DNA of 64,000 nucleotides, taken from positions 192,001 through 256,000 of the forward strand of contig CAWHAE010000008.1 of NCBI GenBank assembly GCA_963827235.1, written 5' to 3'. Position numbers and translations under genes: made by a program. Of this stretch, positions 18,870-29,603 are shown piece after piece (within the stretch, counting starts at the first letter, position 1; each line of letters begins with the position of its first letter). A model generated the notes under the pieces. That model saw nothing but the letters and a program-made list of their open reading frames with translations. It was not told the DNA's origin and searched no databases. The DNA is from an uncultured bacterium (GTDB lineage: Bacteria; Chloroflexota; UBA5177; JANWHV01).

Positions 18870-18916
18870 GCTACCACAAACCAGTCGCGCCGCCGGCGCG
18901 ACTGGTTTGTGGTAGC
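18870..18916. terminator. 22-bp perfect inverted repeat between convergent genes
   Basis: GCTACCACAAACCAGTCGCGCC-gcc-GGCGCGACTGGTTTGTGGTAGC. Confidence 0.7.
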
Positions 18917-18993
18917 ACCGTCCTACGCTGGCGTAACGTGCCCCGTGAGATCAGGAGCCGGATACCGCGCTCTCGACATGCCGCCTCGACGCG

Positions 18994-20280
18994 CTACGAC
19001 GCGGCGCGCATCTGCTTGACGATCTCCGCGCCGAATGCCGAGCACGACACCTTCGTGGCGCCCGGCATCTGTCGTTCCAGATCATAGGTGACGGTCTTGG
19101 CTGCAATGGTACGCCGCACTCCCTCATAGATCAGGTCGGCGGCGTCTTGCCAGCCGAAGTACTCGAACATCATTGCGCCCGACAGGATCACGGAGCCGGG
19201 GTTGACCATGTCTTTGCCGGCGTACTTCGGCGCCGTCCCGTGTGTGGCCTCGAAGATGGCTGCGCTGTCGCCGATATTCGCTCCCGGTGCCATGCCGAGG
19301 CCACCCGTCTGCGCCGCGCAGGCGTCCGAGAAGTAGTCGCCGTTGAGATTCGGCATGGCCAGCACCGAGTATTCGCTGGGCCGGAGCAAAATCTGCTGGA
19401 ACATGGCGTCTGCAATGCGATCCTTGATCACGACCTTCCCTCTGGACCCCCCGGATCCGACCTCGTCCTCGCGCACTGTGCGATCGCCGAACTCGCGGGC
19501 AGCCAGTGCGTACGCCCAGTCGCGGAAGGCGCCTTCGGTGAACTTCTGGATGTTGCCTTTGTGCACAATGGTGACACTCGGGCGGCAGTGATCGATGGCA
19601 TACTGGACCGCCCGCCTCACGAGTCGCTCCGTACCGAACTTGCTGATCGGCTTGATGCCGACGCCCGAGTCCGGCCTCACTGTCTTGCCCAGTTCATCTC
19701 GCAGAAACGCGATGAGCTTGCCGGCTTCCGGCGAGCCGCTGGCAAACTCGATGCCGGAGTAAACGTCCTCAGTGTTTTCGCGGAATATCACGACGTCGAG
19801 TTTCTCCGGTTCCTTGACGGGGCTAGGTACTCCGTCGAAGTATCGCACTGGGCGGATGCAGGCGTAGAGATCGAAGATCAGGCGCAGAGTCACGTTCAGA
19901 CTGCGGATACCTCCTCCGACCGGCGTAGTCAGAGGGCCCTTGATCGCCACCGCGTACTCGCGCAGGGCCTGCGTCGTCTCTACCGGCAGATACTCTCCGT
20001 AGAGCTCCAGGGCCCGATCGCCGGCGTAGACCTCCATCCAGGAAATGCGGCGGCGACCTCCGGAAGTGGCCTCGGCCGCGGCGTCGAATACCGGTTGGCT
20101 GGCGGCCCAGATGTCTGGACCTATCCCGTCGCCGCGCAGAAAGGGCACGATCGGCGTGTCGCTCACCCGAGGCACGCCGGCATCAAACGTAATCCGATCC
20201 CCGGTTGCAGGCACGGTAACGTGCGTCCAGTTGGTCAACACCGAACCTCGACTTTCAACACTTGCTGTCGCGCGTGCCAC
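18994..20280 (-). CDS. icd: NADP-dependent isocitrate dehydrogenase (start uncertain; could be TTG ~20238)
   Basis: [64 protein letters not shown] and [15 protein letters not shown]. Confidence 0.96.
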   Translation of the reverse strand: MARATASVESRGSVLTNWTHVTVPATGDRITFDAGVPRVSDTPIVPFLRGDGIGPDIWAASQPVFDAAAEATSGGRRRISWMEVYAGDRALELYGEYLPVETTQALREYAVAIKGPLTTPVGGGIRSLNVTLRLIFDLYACIRPVRYFDGVPSPVKEPEKLDVVIFRENTEDVYSGIEFASGSPEAGKLIAFLRDELGKTVRPDSGVGIKPISKFGTERLVRRAVQYAIDHCRPSVTIVHKGNIQKFTEGAFRDWAYALAAREFGDRTVREDEVGSGGSRGKVVIKDRIADAMFQQILLRPSEYSVLAMPNLNGDYFSDACAAQTGGLGMAPGANIGDSAAIFEATHGTAPKYAGKDMVNPGSVILSGAMMFEYFGWQDAADLIYEGVRRTIAAKTVTYDLERQMPGATKVSCSAFGAEIVKQMRAAS

Positions 20281-20726
20281 CCTGTCGGGCCGCGCGGCAC
20301 CGGCGCGCCTGCGCCGACCGCTTCTCGATCAGAGTATACCTGTGCCGCCGGCCGCTATTTCCCGACGGCCTGAACCTGCCGTGGGCAGGCAATATCGTCG
20401 GCATCGCGTCTGGATCCATTCTCCTCGCACACGTGATCGGGCGCCCGGGTGAAGGCCGGAGAGCGGCGCCGAATTGAGAGCTGCACCTCCCGAGACGGCC
20501 GCTGCCGCAGGTACATCGCGCCGAAGGTCTGGATCAATGGTTACCGATACGCCCAGTTCCGCGTGCGCGGTTGCCGGGCCGCGGAGCGCAGGGCTACACT
20601 TGCAAGGTGGGCCGGTGCTCCTTGGCAGTCCGCCGACCGGGCGTGACCCTCGGCGGCCACCTTCGTCGTTCACGTGCGCGAGGCTGCACGGCTGTTCTGC
20701 AACGGCGTACGGGAAGGAGCTGATCC

Positions 20727-22040
20727 GTGATCAGTGAAGACCTTGGAGGTGTCGCGCGCCTTCTCGAACTCGAAGATCGCCACATGGCGCGGGTGGTGCA
20801 TCGCACGACGGACGTGTTTGTCGAGCGCGGTCAGGGTGCCTACGTCTATACTTCGGCCGGCGAACGCTACCTCGATTTCGTGATGGGTATTGCCTCCGTT
20901 AACACGGGACACTCCCACCCGCGAGTCTTGGCGGCGGCCAAGGCGCAGATCGATCGCATCGTACATCCGTCCGCCAGCGCTGTACGCTACGGACCCAGTA
21001 TTGAGTTGGCCGCCAAGCTGGCCGGCATCACACCGGACGGCCTCGACGTGACGTTCTTTGGCAATAGCGGCGCCGAGGCAGTCGAGGCCGCGTTGAAGCT
21101 GGCCAAGTTCGTTACCGGGAGGCCGGGCGTGATCGCCTTCCAGGGCGGCTTTCACGGTCGCACCATGGGGGCCCTGAGCGTGACGAGCTCCAAAGCGCAC
21201 TACCGCAAGGGCTACGAGCCGCTCATGCCCTCGACGTACTTCGCGCCCTTTCCGAACACCTATCGCCGCCCGTTCGGCGATGACGCCCAGTCGTGTTGCC
21301 GTGGATGCATCGAGTACCTCGAGCGCATGCTGCGGCAGGTGGTCGATCCCGGCAACGTCGCGGCCATGATCATCGAGCCCGTGCAAGGCGAGGGCGGTTA
21401 TGTTCCCGCGCCGACCGAGTTCCTGCGCGAGTTGCGTGCCGTGTGCAGCCGCCACGGTATTATGCTGGTGTTCGACGAGGTGCAGTCCGGATTTGGCCGC
21501 ACGGGCAGGTGGTGGGCCGGCGAGCATCACGGCGTGATCCCCGACGTTCAGGTCATGGCCAAGGGCATCGCCTCTGGGTTTCCACTGAGCGCCATAAGCA
21601 GTACGGCCGTGATCATGGACCGCTGGGTGACCGGTGCGCACGGAACCACGTTCGGCGGCAACCCGGTCTCGTGCGCCGCCGGCTGTGCGACGATCGACGC
21701 CATCTTGGAAGAAGGCATGCTGGAGAACGCGGCCCATATGGGCGCGCGGCTTCGCGACGGTCTGCAGGCCCTCAAAGATCGCTATCCCATGATCGGAGAC
21801 GTACGCGGGCTCGGGCTGATGCTGGCTGTCGAGTTCGTGGAGGCGGACGGCTCCCCGAGCGGACGAATCGCGGAGGACGTACGCGTCGCGGCCCTCGAGC
21901 GGCGGCTGCTGCTGCTGACATGCGGCCCCCAGGAGCACTGTATTCGATTCATCCCGCCGCTGAACGTGCGGGAGAGCGAGCTGGACGAGGGCCTGAACAT
22001 CTTCGGCGAGGCCGTGAGATCGGTGGCGACGCGTCCATAA
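20727..22040 (+). CDS. class III PLP aminotransferase, 4-aminobutyrate aminotransferase (GabT)-like
   Basis: NSGAEAVEAALK, FHGRT, IEPVQGEGGY, FDEVQSGFGRTG, AKGIASGFP and HGTTFGGNP. Confidence 0.92.
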   Translation: MISEDLGGVARLLELEDRHMARVVHRTTDVFVERGQGAYVYTSAGERYLDFVMGIASVNTGHSHPRVLAAAKAQIDRIVHPSASAVRYGPSIELAAKLAGITPDGLDVTFFGNSGAEAVEAALKLAKFVTGRPGVIAFQGGFHGRTMGALSVTSSKAHYRKGYEPLMPSTYFAPFPNTYRRPFGDDAQSCCRGCIEYLERMLRQVVDPGNVAAMIIEPVQGEGGYVPAPTEFLRELRAVCSRHGIMLVFDEVQSGFGRTGRWWAGEHHGVIPDVQVMAKGIASGFPLSAISSTAVIMDRWVTGAHGTTFGGNPVSCAAGCATIDAILEEGMLENAAHMGARLRDGLQALKDRYPMIGDVRGLGLMLAVEFVEADGSPSGRIAEDVRVAALERRLLLLTCGPQEHCIRFIPPLNVRESELDEGLNIFGEAVRSVATRP

Positions 22041-22120
22041 GGCGGGCTGCTGATGAGCAGTGATACCGTACAATGGTCCAGAGCGCCCTGTATGGCGGGC
22101 GAGGCACGAGGGCGGTTGAG

Positions 22121-25045
22121 ATGGCCAAGCTGCTGCTAATCGACGGGCATGCTCTCCTGTATAGGGCGTTTCACGCCACGTCCGACTCGACCATGAGTAC
22201 GTCGCGCGGCGAGCCCACCAATGCTACATTCGGCTTTGCGAGCATACTTCTGAAAGCGCTGCAGACCGAGGCGCCGACGCACGCTGCCGTCGCATTCGAT
22301 CTGCCTGCACCGACCTTCAGGCACGACCGGTACGCCGAGTACAAGGGACACAGGCCGCCTATGCCCGAGCCTCTCGTATTGCAGGTGACGCGCATTCGGG
22401 AGCTGGTCACGGCCTTCGGTTTCCCGACGTACGAGATGGCCGGGTTCGAGGCGGACGACATCCTCGGGACACTGGCCAAGCAGGCGGCCGCCGCCAGGGT
22501 CGACACCTTGATTCTGTCCGGCGATCTGGACACGTTGCAGCTGGTGGAACCTCACGTCAAGGTTCTTACTCCTGGGCGCGGCCCTGCCACGGTTACGCTC
22601 TACGACGTCGACGCGGTCGAGGCGAGATTTGGACTTCCGCCAAGCCTCATCCCGGACTACAAGGCACTGGTGGGAGACACCTCGGACAACATTCCAGGCG
22701 TGCCGGGCGTGGGAGCTAAGACGGCCTCCAAGCTGCTGGGCGAGTACAGGACGGTCGAGAATCTGTTCGATCACTGCTCCATATTGCCGGAGCGCATGCA
22801 ACGGCTGCTGGTCGGACGGCGCGAGCAGGCCGTCGCCAGCAAGTTCCTCGCCACAATCGTCACGGATGTTCCCATCACGCTCGACATGGCGCTGGCAGAC
22901 CGCTCCGCGTACGACCGTGATTGCGCCTTCAGGCTTTTTACGGAGCTCGAGTTCTTCAGCCTGCTCGATCGCCTGCCGGGTGGGCCGGAGAAGACTGCGC
23001 TCGGCCGGCCGAGTCAGGACCGCCCGGCACCGCTCAACGTCGGGCTGTTCGCGAGCCTCCATCCCGCGGAAGGCGCGGTGGGCCCCGATGCTCTGGTTCC
23101 GCTGACGGAAACCGCGGTGAGCGGCGCTGCGTTGCCCGCCATCGAGCTGGCAATCTCTGCGGAGGCGCCCACGGAACTATCCGCTGAGCAGCCTGGCGCG
23201 TTGGAAGTGGCGCCATCACTTATGCCGACCGAGGCGTTCGTCATCGACACAGATCAGGCCTTCGAGGAGTTGATCAGGCGGCTGCAGGTCCGCCCGGACT
23301 GGGTGATCGACCTGGAGACGACCGGGAAGGATCCGATGCAGGCGGCGCTGGTCGGCATCGCGCTGGCCTGCGATGAGGGCGTGGGCTACTACATCCCGGT
23401 CGGGCATCTGGAAGGCTCGCAGCTTGCCATGCCTCGGGTGCTGGAGGGACTTCGCCCCTGGCTCGAGGATCCTCGTTCCCCGAAGACCGGTCACAACATC
23501 AAGTACGACATGACTGTCCTGGCCACGCATGGCGTGAAGCTCCGCGGCGTCGCGTTCGATACCATGATCGCGGCCTATCTGCTGAGTCCGTCTCAGCGCG
23601 GTCTCGGTCTCAAGGATCAGGCCGCGGTGCGCTTTGGCGTGCAGATGACACCGATCACCGACCTCATCGGCACGGGCAGGGACCAGCGATCTATGGCTGA
23701 GGTCCCTATCCGCGCCGCCGCCGAGTACGCTGCCGCGGATGCGGATCTCACCCTTCGTCTCCGGCACGCATTGGCTCCGGAGCTGCAGCACGTGGATCTG
23801 CTGGACTTGTTTCACCACGTGGAGATGCCGCTCGTGCCGGTATTGGCGGCGATGGAGGCGGAAGGCGTCGACTTGGACGTGGAGTTCCTGCGCACGATGT
23901 CGATGGAGTTGCAACGGGAGTCTGGTCTGATCGAGCGCCAGATCTACGACCTCGTGGGGCATCCGTTCAATATCAACTCGCCGCGCCAGCTCGAAACGGT
24001 CCTGTTCCGCGAGCGAGGCCTGGCGCCGGGCAAGCGCACCGCTACCGGCTACTCGACCGACGCCGATGTGCTCGAGCGACTGCGCGGTAAGGACCCGGTC
24101 GTCGACCTGATCCTGGAGTATCGTCAGCTCACCAAACTCCGATCCACGTACGTGGAGGGGCTGCCCGCGCTACTCAATCCGCGCACCGGACGCGTGCACA
24201 CCAACTTCAATCAGACAATCGCGGCAACCGGACGATTGTCCTCCACCGAGCCGAACCTGCAGAATATCCCGATTCGCACCGAGATCGGCCAGAAGGTTCG
24301 GCGGGCGTTCATCGTGCGGGATCCTGGTGATGTATTACTGGCCGCAGACTACTCGCAAATTGAGCTACGTATAGCCGCCCATCTGTCCCGCGATCCGCGC
24401 CTGATCGAGGCGTTCGAGCGCGGCATCGACGTGCACGTGAACACGGCGTCGCTCGTCTTCGGCGTGCGGGCGGACGAGGTCACGCATGAGATGCGCCGTC
24501 TTGCCAAGACCGTGAACTTTGGCATCATCTACGGCCTCAGTGCATTCGGACTGGCGACCCGCGCCGGTGTCAGCCAGCAGGAAGCGCGCGAGTTCATCGA
24601 CAACTACAATGCGACATACAGCGGGCTGCACGCCTACATGGAGCGGATCAAGGAGGAAGTGACGGAGCGCGGCTTCGTCAGCACCGTCCTCAACAGGCGA
24701 CGGTACCTGCCCGAGGTACACTCGCCGCTTCGCTCGATACGGGAGGAAGCATTGCGCCAAGCAATCAACATGCCTGTGCAGGGTACCGCCGCGGACATGA
24801 TCAAGCTGGCCATGATCCGTCTACACGATCGGCTCGAAGCAGGAAGCCTGCGGGGCCGGATGGTCCTTCAGGTGCATGATGAGCTGTTGCTCCGCGTGCC
24901 GCGAGAGGAACTTGATGAAACGGCCGAGCTTGTGCGCGACACTATGGAGCACGCGCTGCCGCTCATCGTGCCGGTCAAAGTGGATATCGAGTGGGGCTAT
25001 GACTGGTCTGCGCTTCAGCCTATTAACCAGCCCGTGGCTGGGTAG
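22121..25045 (+). CDS. polA: DNA polymerase I
   Basis: LLIDGHALLYRAFHA, FEADD and GDTSDNIPGVPGVG. 3'-5' exonuclease motifs IDLETT, GHNIKYD and YAAADAD. TGRLSSTEPNLQNIP, DYSQIELR, KTVNFGIIYG and QVHDEL. Confidence 0.97.
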   Translation: MAKLLLIDGHALLYRAFHATSDSTMSTSRGEPTNATFGFASILLKALQTEAPTHAAVAFDLPAPTFRHDRYAEYKGHRPPMPEPLVLQVTRIRELVTAFGFPTYEMAGFEADDILGTLAKQAAAARVDTLILSGDLDTLQLVEPHVKVLTPGRGPATVTLYDVDAVEARFGLPPSLIPDYKALVGDTSDNIPGVPGVGAKTASKLLGEYRTVENLFDHCSILPERMQRLLVGRREQAVASKFLATIVTDVPITLDMALADRSAYDRDCAFRLFTELEFFSLLDRLPGGPEKTALGRPSQDRPAPLNVGLFASLHPAEGAVGPDALVPLTETAVSGAALPAIELAISAEAPTELSAEQPGALEVAPSLMPTEAFVIDTDQAFEELIRRLQVRPDWVIDLETTGKDPMQAALVGIALACDEGVGYYIPVGHLEGSQLAMPRVLEGLRPWLEDPRSPKTGHNIKYDMTVLATHGVKLRGVAFDTMIAAYLLSPSQRGLGLKDQAAVRFGVQMTPITDLIGTGRDQRSMAEVPIRAAAEYAAADADLTLRLRHALAPELQHVDLLDLFHHVEMPLVPVLAAMEAEGVDLDVEFLRTMSMELQRESGLIERQIYDLVGHPFNINSPRQLETVLFRERGLAPGKRTATGYSTDADVLERLRGKDPVVDLILEYRQLTKLRSTYVEGLPALLNPRTGRVHTNFNQTIAATGRLSSTEPNLQNIPIRTEIGQKVRRAFIVRDPGDVLLAADYSQIELRIAAHLSRDPRLIEAFERGIDVHVNTASLVFGVRADEVTHEMRRLAKTVNFGIIYGLSAFGLATRAGVSQQEAREFIDNYNATYSGLHAYMERIKEEVTERGFVSTVLNRRRYLPEVHSPLRSIREEALRQAINMPVQGTAADMIKLAMIRLHDRLEAGSLRGRMVLQVHDELLLRVPREELDETAELVRDTMEHALPLIVPVKVDIEWGYDWSALQPINQPVAG

Positions 25046-25054
25046 CAGCTGACC

Positions 25055-26644
25055 GTGCCGGTGCCATCGACTACGCCCGGAGTGCCGAGCGACGACACGC
25101 TTGGAGCAGGTTCGCAGCAGTCTGCCGGATCGACTGCCGCCGCCGATCGCGGTGGATTGCTCGGCAATGCCTGGCTGAACAGGCTGATCCCAGTCGCGTT
25201 GCTGGGAATTCTGGGCGTGTTCTGTGTGTTCGAAGCTCGCCATCTCTACGGCTTTACCTACGTACCATGGCACGGCAAGCTGTGGAGCGACTACGACGAA
25301 GGCGTTTACATCGAATCCGCCTGGCAGCTGAACGCAGGTCGGCACGTGTTCTCCCAGGTATTCAGCTCGCAGCCTCTGCTCTTCCTCGAAGGACTCGCCC
25401 TCACGCTGCGCGTGCAGGGTGCGGATGCCGGGCACGTCTATCCCCTGCTGTGCGGTCTCCTGGCTCTGCTTGGCGTGATCTGGTTGTGTTGGGAGGTGTC
25501 GGGCTGCTGGAGCGCGCTGCTCGCCTGTGCCGTCCTGGCCGTCTCGCCGGGTTTCGTGATCGCGTCGCATGCTATTGAAGCTGAGGCGCCAATGCTGGCT
25601 TTTGGCAGCCTGGCCGCTGCCGCGGCGACACACTATGCACGCCGCGGTGGCAGGACCTGGTTGATGGCGGCGTCCCTTCTGGTTGCAGCGGCGACGTTGT
25701 CAAAGCTGCTGGCCGTGGCGCTCGTCGCGCCCGTGGCTGTGGCGGTTGCCCTGAAATGGTGGCGCCTCGATCATCACCGCCTTGACCGCCGAATTCTCGG
25801 CGACATGCTGTACGCTCTCTTGTGCGGCGTCGTGCCGCTCATGCTGGCCTTCGCGCTGGTCGCTCCAGGCGACCAATGGAGCCAGGTAATCAGCTTCCAC
25901 CTCAAGGCCGCGCAAGTTGCGAAGACCGCCGGGGGCAATGGGAGCGTGTTCAGCCTGTTCCTGGGCTGGGATCCGGGCCTGGTCGCGCTCGCCCTCGCCG
26001 GCGCGGCAGTTGCTGCACTGAGGCGTCTTGGTCTGGCGCTTATTCCGGCCACATGGATAGTAGCCGATCTGGCGACGATGGTCGACTACCAGCCCCTATT
26101 CGTGCACCATCTGACCGTGTTGCTGGCTCCAATGGCCGCCCTGGCCGGACTGATGCTCAGCGTAATTCCCGTGCGCGGTATGGGACCGGCAGCCCGATGG
26201 GCGGCTACCCTCGTGGTCGCGTGCGCGGCGCTTGCTTATCTCATCTGGTTGCCGGACGTGCTGGATCACACGAGACACGCGTTCGTGGCGGTGCAGGCCT
26301 CGAGCGACATGACGCCGAAGCGTAGCACCGCTGCCTGGATTGACGCCCACACGGGGCTGGGCGATACGGTCGTCGTCGACGACCAGACGATCGCCGTGCT
26401 GGCCCATCGCCTCGTGCCGCCGGAGTTGACCGACACCTCGACTATTCGCTGCGTCTCCGGATACCTGCCCTTGTCGACGCTGCGGTCGGCAACACAGGCT
26501 TACCAGGTCAAGGCGGTTGTCCTGACGCGCGCCCTGCTGGCGACGCCGCAGTGCACGCCGTATGTCTCGTGGCTTAAACAACATTACGAGGCGATACACC
26601 TGCCGGCCGGGATCGGCGCCGCTACGGCCTACGTCCGTCCGTGA
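25055..26644 (+). CDS. ArnT/PMT-like multi-TM glycosyltransferase (GT-C)
   Basis: DYDEGVY...SQPLLF after the first TM, many TM segments and a C-terminal soluble domain with VPPELTDTS. Confidence 0.75.
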   Translation: MPVPSTTPGVPSDDTLGAGSQQSAGSTAAADRGGLLGNAWLNRLIPVALLGILGVFCVFEARHLYGFTYVPWHGKLWSDYDEGVYIESAWQLNAGRHVFSQVFSSQPLLFLEGLALTLRVQGADAGHVYPLLCGLLALLGVIWLCWEVSGCWSALLACAVLAVSPGFVIASHAIEAEAPMLAFGSLAAAAATHYARRGGRTWLMAASLLVAAATLSKLLAVALVAPVAVAVALKWWRLDHHRLDRRILGDMLYALLCGVVPLMLAFALVAPGDQWSQVISFHLKAAQVAKTAGGNGSVFSLFLGWDPGLVALALAGAAVAALRRLGLALIPATWIVADLATMVDYQPLFVHHLTVLLAPMAALAGLMLSVIPVRGMGPAARWAATLVVACAALAYLIWLPDVLDHTRHAFVAVQASSDMTPKRSTAAWIDAHTGLGDTVVVDDQTIAVLAHRLVPPELTDTSTIRCVSGYLPLSTLRSATQAYQVKAVVLTRALLATPQCTPYVSWLKQHYEAIHLPAGIGAATAYVRP

Positions 26645-27105
26645 CGCCCCTGCACCGGTCCGCCTGAGAGGCGGCTGAGCTGGATTCGCGCCGACCATGC
26701 CTGATAGCCGGAGCTGTTGGCGATGGCAGGTACCAGCAACGACGACCCTATCTTTTGGGCTCGGGTGTCCTGGCGGCGCCGTCCGGCGTCCGGAGGCGGT
26801 CTGCATCATAGTGTGCACGTGCCGCGGCTGCGACCCGGCAACGGGAGTCAAGCCCATCCCGCCCGGAGAAGATAGATTGGTGCCGGCGGCACGGGTATTT
26901 CGGGACCAGAGTCCTGGATCTCGGACAGACTCTAGGCTGTTGCGCACGATAGCACTATCAGCACTTGGCGGCAGTGCGGTACAATCCGGCTGGTGGAGTC
27001 ATGTGACGACCTTGCGGTCGTGGCTGCTGCATGTTCGCGAATCTCCCGGCATTGCCGGGCCGGCACGTCACAGACTAAGGGGCGAGAGAACATGGAAGTG
27101 CACAG

Positions 27106-28365
27106 ATGATTCGGGAGGGTGACAACCTCGAGATCGCGGTGATCGAGGGGAACCAGTCCGTGGCTCAACAGTTGATCGGGCTGCTCGCCGCTGCCGGCTG
27201 TTCGCCCCGCGCCCTGTCTCCCGAGCGGCCACTCGCTGCGCCTGCCGGCTGGACCGGTCCTGATGTGCTGTTGGTCGGCCTGGATGCCGATCGCTCACTG
27301 CGCCTCGCGTACGCCCGGAAGGTGCAGAGCTCCTATCCGGCTGCGGTGGTGATCGGCTACACGTCCAACTATACTGCCGACGCGCTGGCCGAGGCGATGA
27401 GCGCCGGGGCGCGGCGAGTGCTACGCTATCCATTCGACATCGTTACTCTGCGGCAGGCCGCGCACGACGTGCGTGAAGAGCTGCGCGTGCTTGCGGGTCC
27501 CATGGCCGTCAGGGCGCCCACGACGCATCTGCCGGCCAGCGCGACGCCGCTGCCGCAGAGCACATCGGACAAGCCTCATCAGGTCGTGGCGCTTTTCAGT
27601 CCAAAGGGTGGCGTCGGCACATCTACCCTCGCGGTGAACCTGGCTCTTGCGCTGCAACTAGCGGGCCACCAGACCGCATTGGTCGACGGCAACATAAGCT
27701 TTGGCAGCCACGAGGTGTTTCTGGAGCTGCAGCCCACGCGGTCCATACTGCAGCTCGTGGGTGAGGCGGAGCAGCTCACGCCCGAATCCGTGGTTGACAC
27801 GCTTATTCGCCACCACACCGGACTGCAGGTGCTGCTTGCCCCGCTCCGGCCGGAAGAAGGAGACAGCGTTCGCGGCGAACAGATGCAGCGCATACTGGGA
27901 ATCTTGAAGCAGCTGTTTGTCTTCACGCTCGTCGACACCTGGCCGAGCTACGACGAGCGCGTACTGGCCGTGCTTGAAGTCGCCGACACGATCCTGGTGC
28001 CAATTGGCCCGGACCTGCCCGCCATGAAGAATCTGAACTCCTTCCTGCGCGTGGTGCGATTGCTCAACTACGACATGCAGAAGATTGTCCCGGTGCTCAT
28101 GCGATCCAATAGCGTGCCGCCTGGCCATCTGAAGGATCTCGAGGCGTTCCTCAAGCAAGAGCTTCGCTGGCGAGTGGTCAGCGACGGCAAGCGGGCGACG
28201 GCGGCGGCAAATACAGGGACGCCGTTCGTGCTTAGTGCCCGTGAGTCGCAGATCAGCCAGAACGTGTTCGATATAGCGCGTTTCTTGGCCGGGGATTCCG
28301 AAGTTGCCGAGGAGCCGGCCAAGCCCAAGAGCCAGACTGCTGCCGGCAGGTTCTGGCGGCGCTGA
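27106..28365 (+). CDS. CpaE/TadZ-like protein (atypical receiver plus MinD-type ATPase)
   Basis: Receiver-like N-terminus (EAMSAGARRVLRYPF), VVALFSPKGGVGTSTLAVNLA, TGLQVLLAP, LVDT and AANTGTPFV. Confidence 0.85.
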   Translation: MIREGDNLEIAVIEGNQSVAQQLIGLLAAAGCSPRALSPERPLAAPAGWTGPDVLLVGLDADRSLRLAYARKVQSSYPAAVVIGYTSNYTADALAEAMSAGARRVLRYPFDIVTLRQAAHDVREELRVLAGPMAVRAPTTHLPASATPLPQSTSDKPHQVVALFSPKGGVGTSTLAVNLALALQLAGHQTALVDGNISFGSHEVFLELQPTRSILQLVGEAEQLTPESVVDTLIRHHTGLQVLLAPLRPEEGDSVRGEQMQRILGILKQLFVFTLVDTWPSYDERVLAVLEVADTILVPIGPDLPAMKNLNSFLRVVRLLNYDMQKIVPVLMRSNSVPPGHLKDLEAFLKQELRWRVVSDGKRATAAANTGTPFVLSARESQISQNVFDIARFLAGDSEVAEEPAKPKSQTAAGRFWRR

Positions 28366-28391
28366 TTCCGGTTCTCCCGGCGAGAGGTCGC

Positions 28392-29591
28392 ATGGCAGGT
28401 GCCTCGTCCCTGAAGCTGCAGGCGGGAGAGCACCGTGTCGCGCTGATCCGGCGACACTGGTGGTTTGTCGTGGGCCCATTGTGCTGGCTCATACCCCTGT
28501 TGGCGCTCCTGCCGCTGTACGCCCTCGCCGACTATTGCCTGCCTGGGGCAGGGCTTGCCGCGTACTCAGGCGGGGTTGACGTTGCCATCCTGGTCGTGGC
28601 TGCGCTCCTCGTGCTCAAGTGGCTCGGACGTGACGTCGCCGACTGGCTTGCGACGTGCTGGGTTCTGACGAACATGCGACTGATCGAGCAGCACGGCATG
28701 GCAGGGGTACGCCGTCGCGAGGCGCCGTTACGCAGCGCGCGTCCCTGCGAGGCAGTCCGGGATGGCGCCTTCGCCCGTCTGCTCGACTTTGGCGATCTTG
28801 TGGTCGAGGTGGAAGGGCGTGGCAGCCGCTTCGTGCTCAGCCGGATTAGCCGGCCGCGTGAGCTGGAGGCGGCAGTGCAGCAACTGGCCCTTGAGGCGCA
28901 GGAGGAGCATCGGCGCCTGCACGGATCGGGCGACGAGCGAATCCAGGCCGCTCTGACAAGGCTCTTCCGCGGCGGCAACGGCGAGCATAACTCGCCGACC
29001 ATTGAGCTGGAAGAGATTACTCCATTGACCGTGTCGGCTCAACGCCGCCTCGGCGGCGCTACGATTCTCTACGCCACACGCAGGCACCCGCTTGTCCTGG
29101 TGCGGCGACTTCTGGTCGGGCTCTGTGCGCTCGCCGCGCTCTGGCTGGTAGCCTGGGTCTGGATGTCTCCTGTTCCGCTTGCACGGGCCCTTGGGTTGGC
29201 CGCGGCAGGAACGGCATGGCTGGGCTGGCTCATCCTAGATTGGCGAGCCCGTCTCTATATCGTGACGCCGGAATACGTGGTGAGGCTGCGTGGTCTGTTT
29301 GCGCTGGGCAGAAGCGACCAGGTGATCGACCTGGGTGCCATTCGCGACGTCGTGGCCTGCACGGCGGCAATCAGCGGACGGCTGCTGAACACAGGCTCCC
29401 TGGTCCTGGATCTGCGGGATGCGCCGCCCGTCACGCTACGATCGGTGCCCGATCCGGATCACCTGAAACGCGTGATACACGGTGGCATCGAGGCAGCACA
29501 CGAGCACGCCGTGCTAGCGGAGCAGGAGCATCTTGCGGGCGGGCTGTCCGAGTGGTTCGAGCAGTACCACCGCATGAATGCATCGCCGTAG
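28392..29591 (+). CDS. membrane protein with two bacterial PH (bPH_2)-like domains
   Basis: RRHWW plus 2 TM, then WVLTNMRLIEQHG...RLLDFGDLVVE. Second copy: RRHP plus 2 TM, then YIVTPEYVV...RLLNTGSLVLD. Confidence 0.75.
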   Translation: MAGASSLKLQAGEHRVALIRRHWWFVVGPLCWLIPLLALLPLYALADYCLPGAGLAAYSGGVDVAILVVAALLVLKWLGRDVADWLATCWVLTNMRLIEQHGMAGVRRREAPLRSARPCEAVRDGAFARLLDFGDLVVEVEGRGSRFVLSRISRPRELEAAVQQLALEAQEEHRRLHGSGDERIQAALTRLFRGGNGEHNSPTIELEEITPLTVSAQRRLGGATILYATRRHPLVLVRRLLVGLCALAALWLVAWVWMSPVPLARALGLAAAGTAWLGWLILDWRARLYIVTPEYVVRLRGLFALGRSDQVIDLGAIRDVVACTAAISGRLLNTGSLVLDLRDAPPVTLRSVPDPDHLKRVIHGGIEAAHEHAVLAEQEHLAGGLSEWFEQYHRMNASP

Positions 29592-29603
29592 GCGGCAGTG
29601 CCG

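Noticed and set aside
18870-18916. Long perfect palindromes (also 15440-15482) as MITE/REP elements
   Set aside because: Each is single-copy in the window, unrelated to the other, and sits at a gene 3' end, which fits terminators.
19147-22073. Long antisense ORFs (e.g. 19147..20373, 20670..22073, also 61530..62768)
   Set aside because: Shadow frames of well-supported genes, as expected in high-GC DNA.
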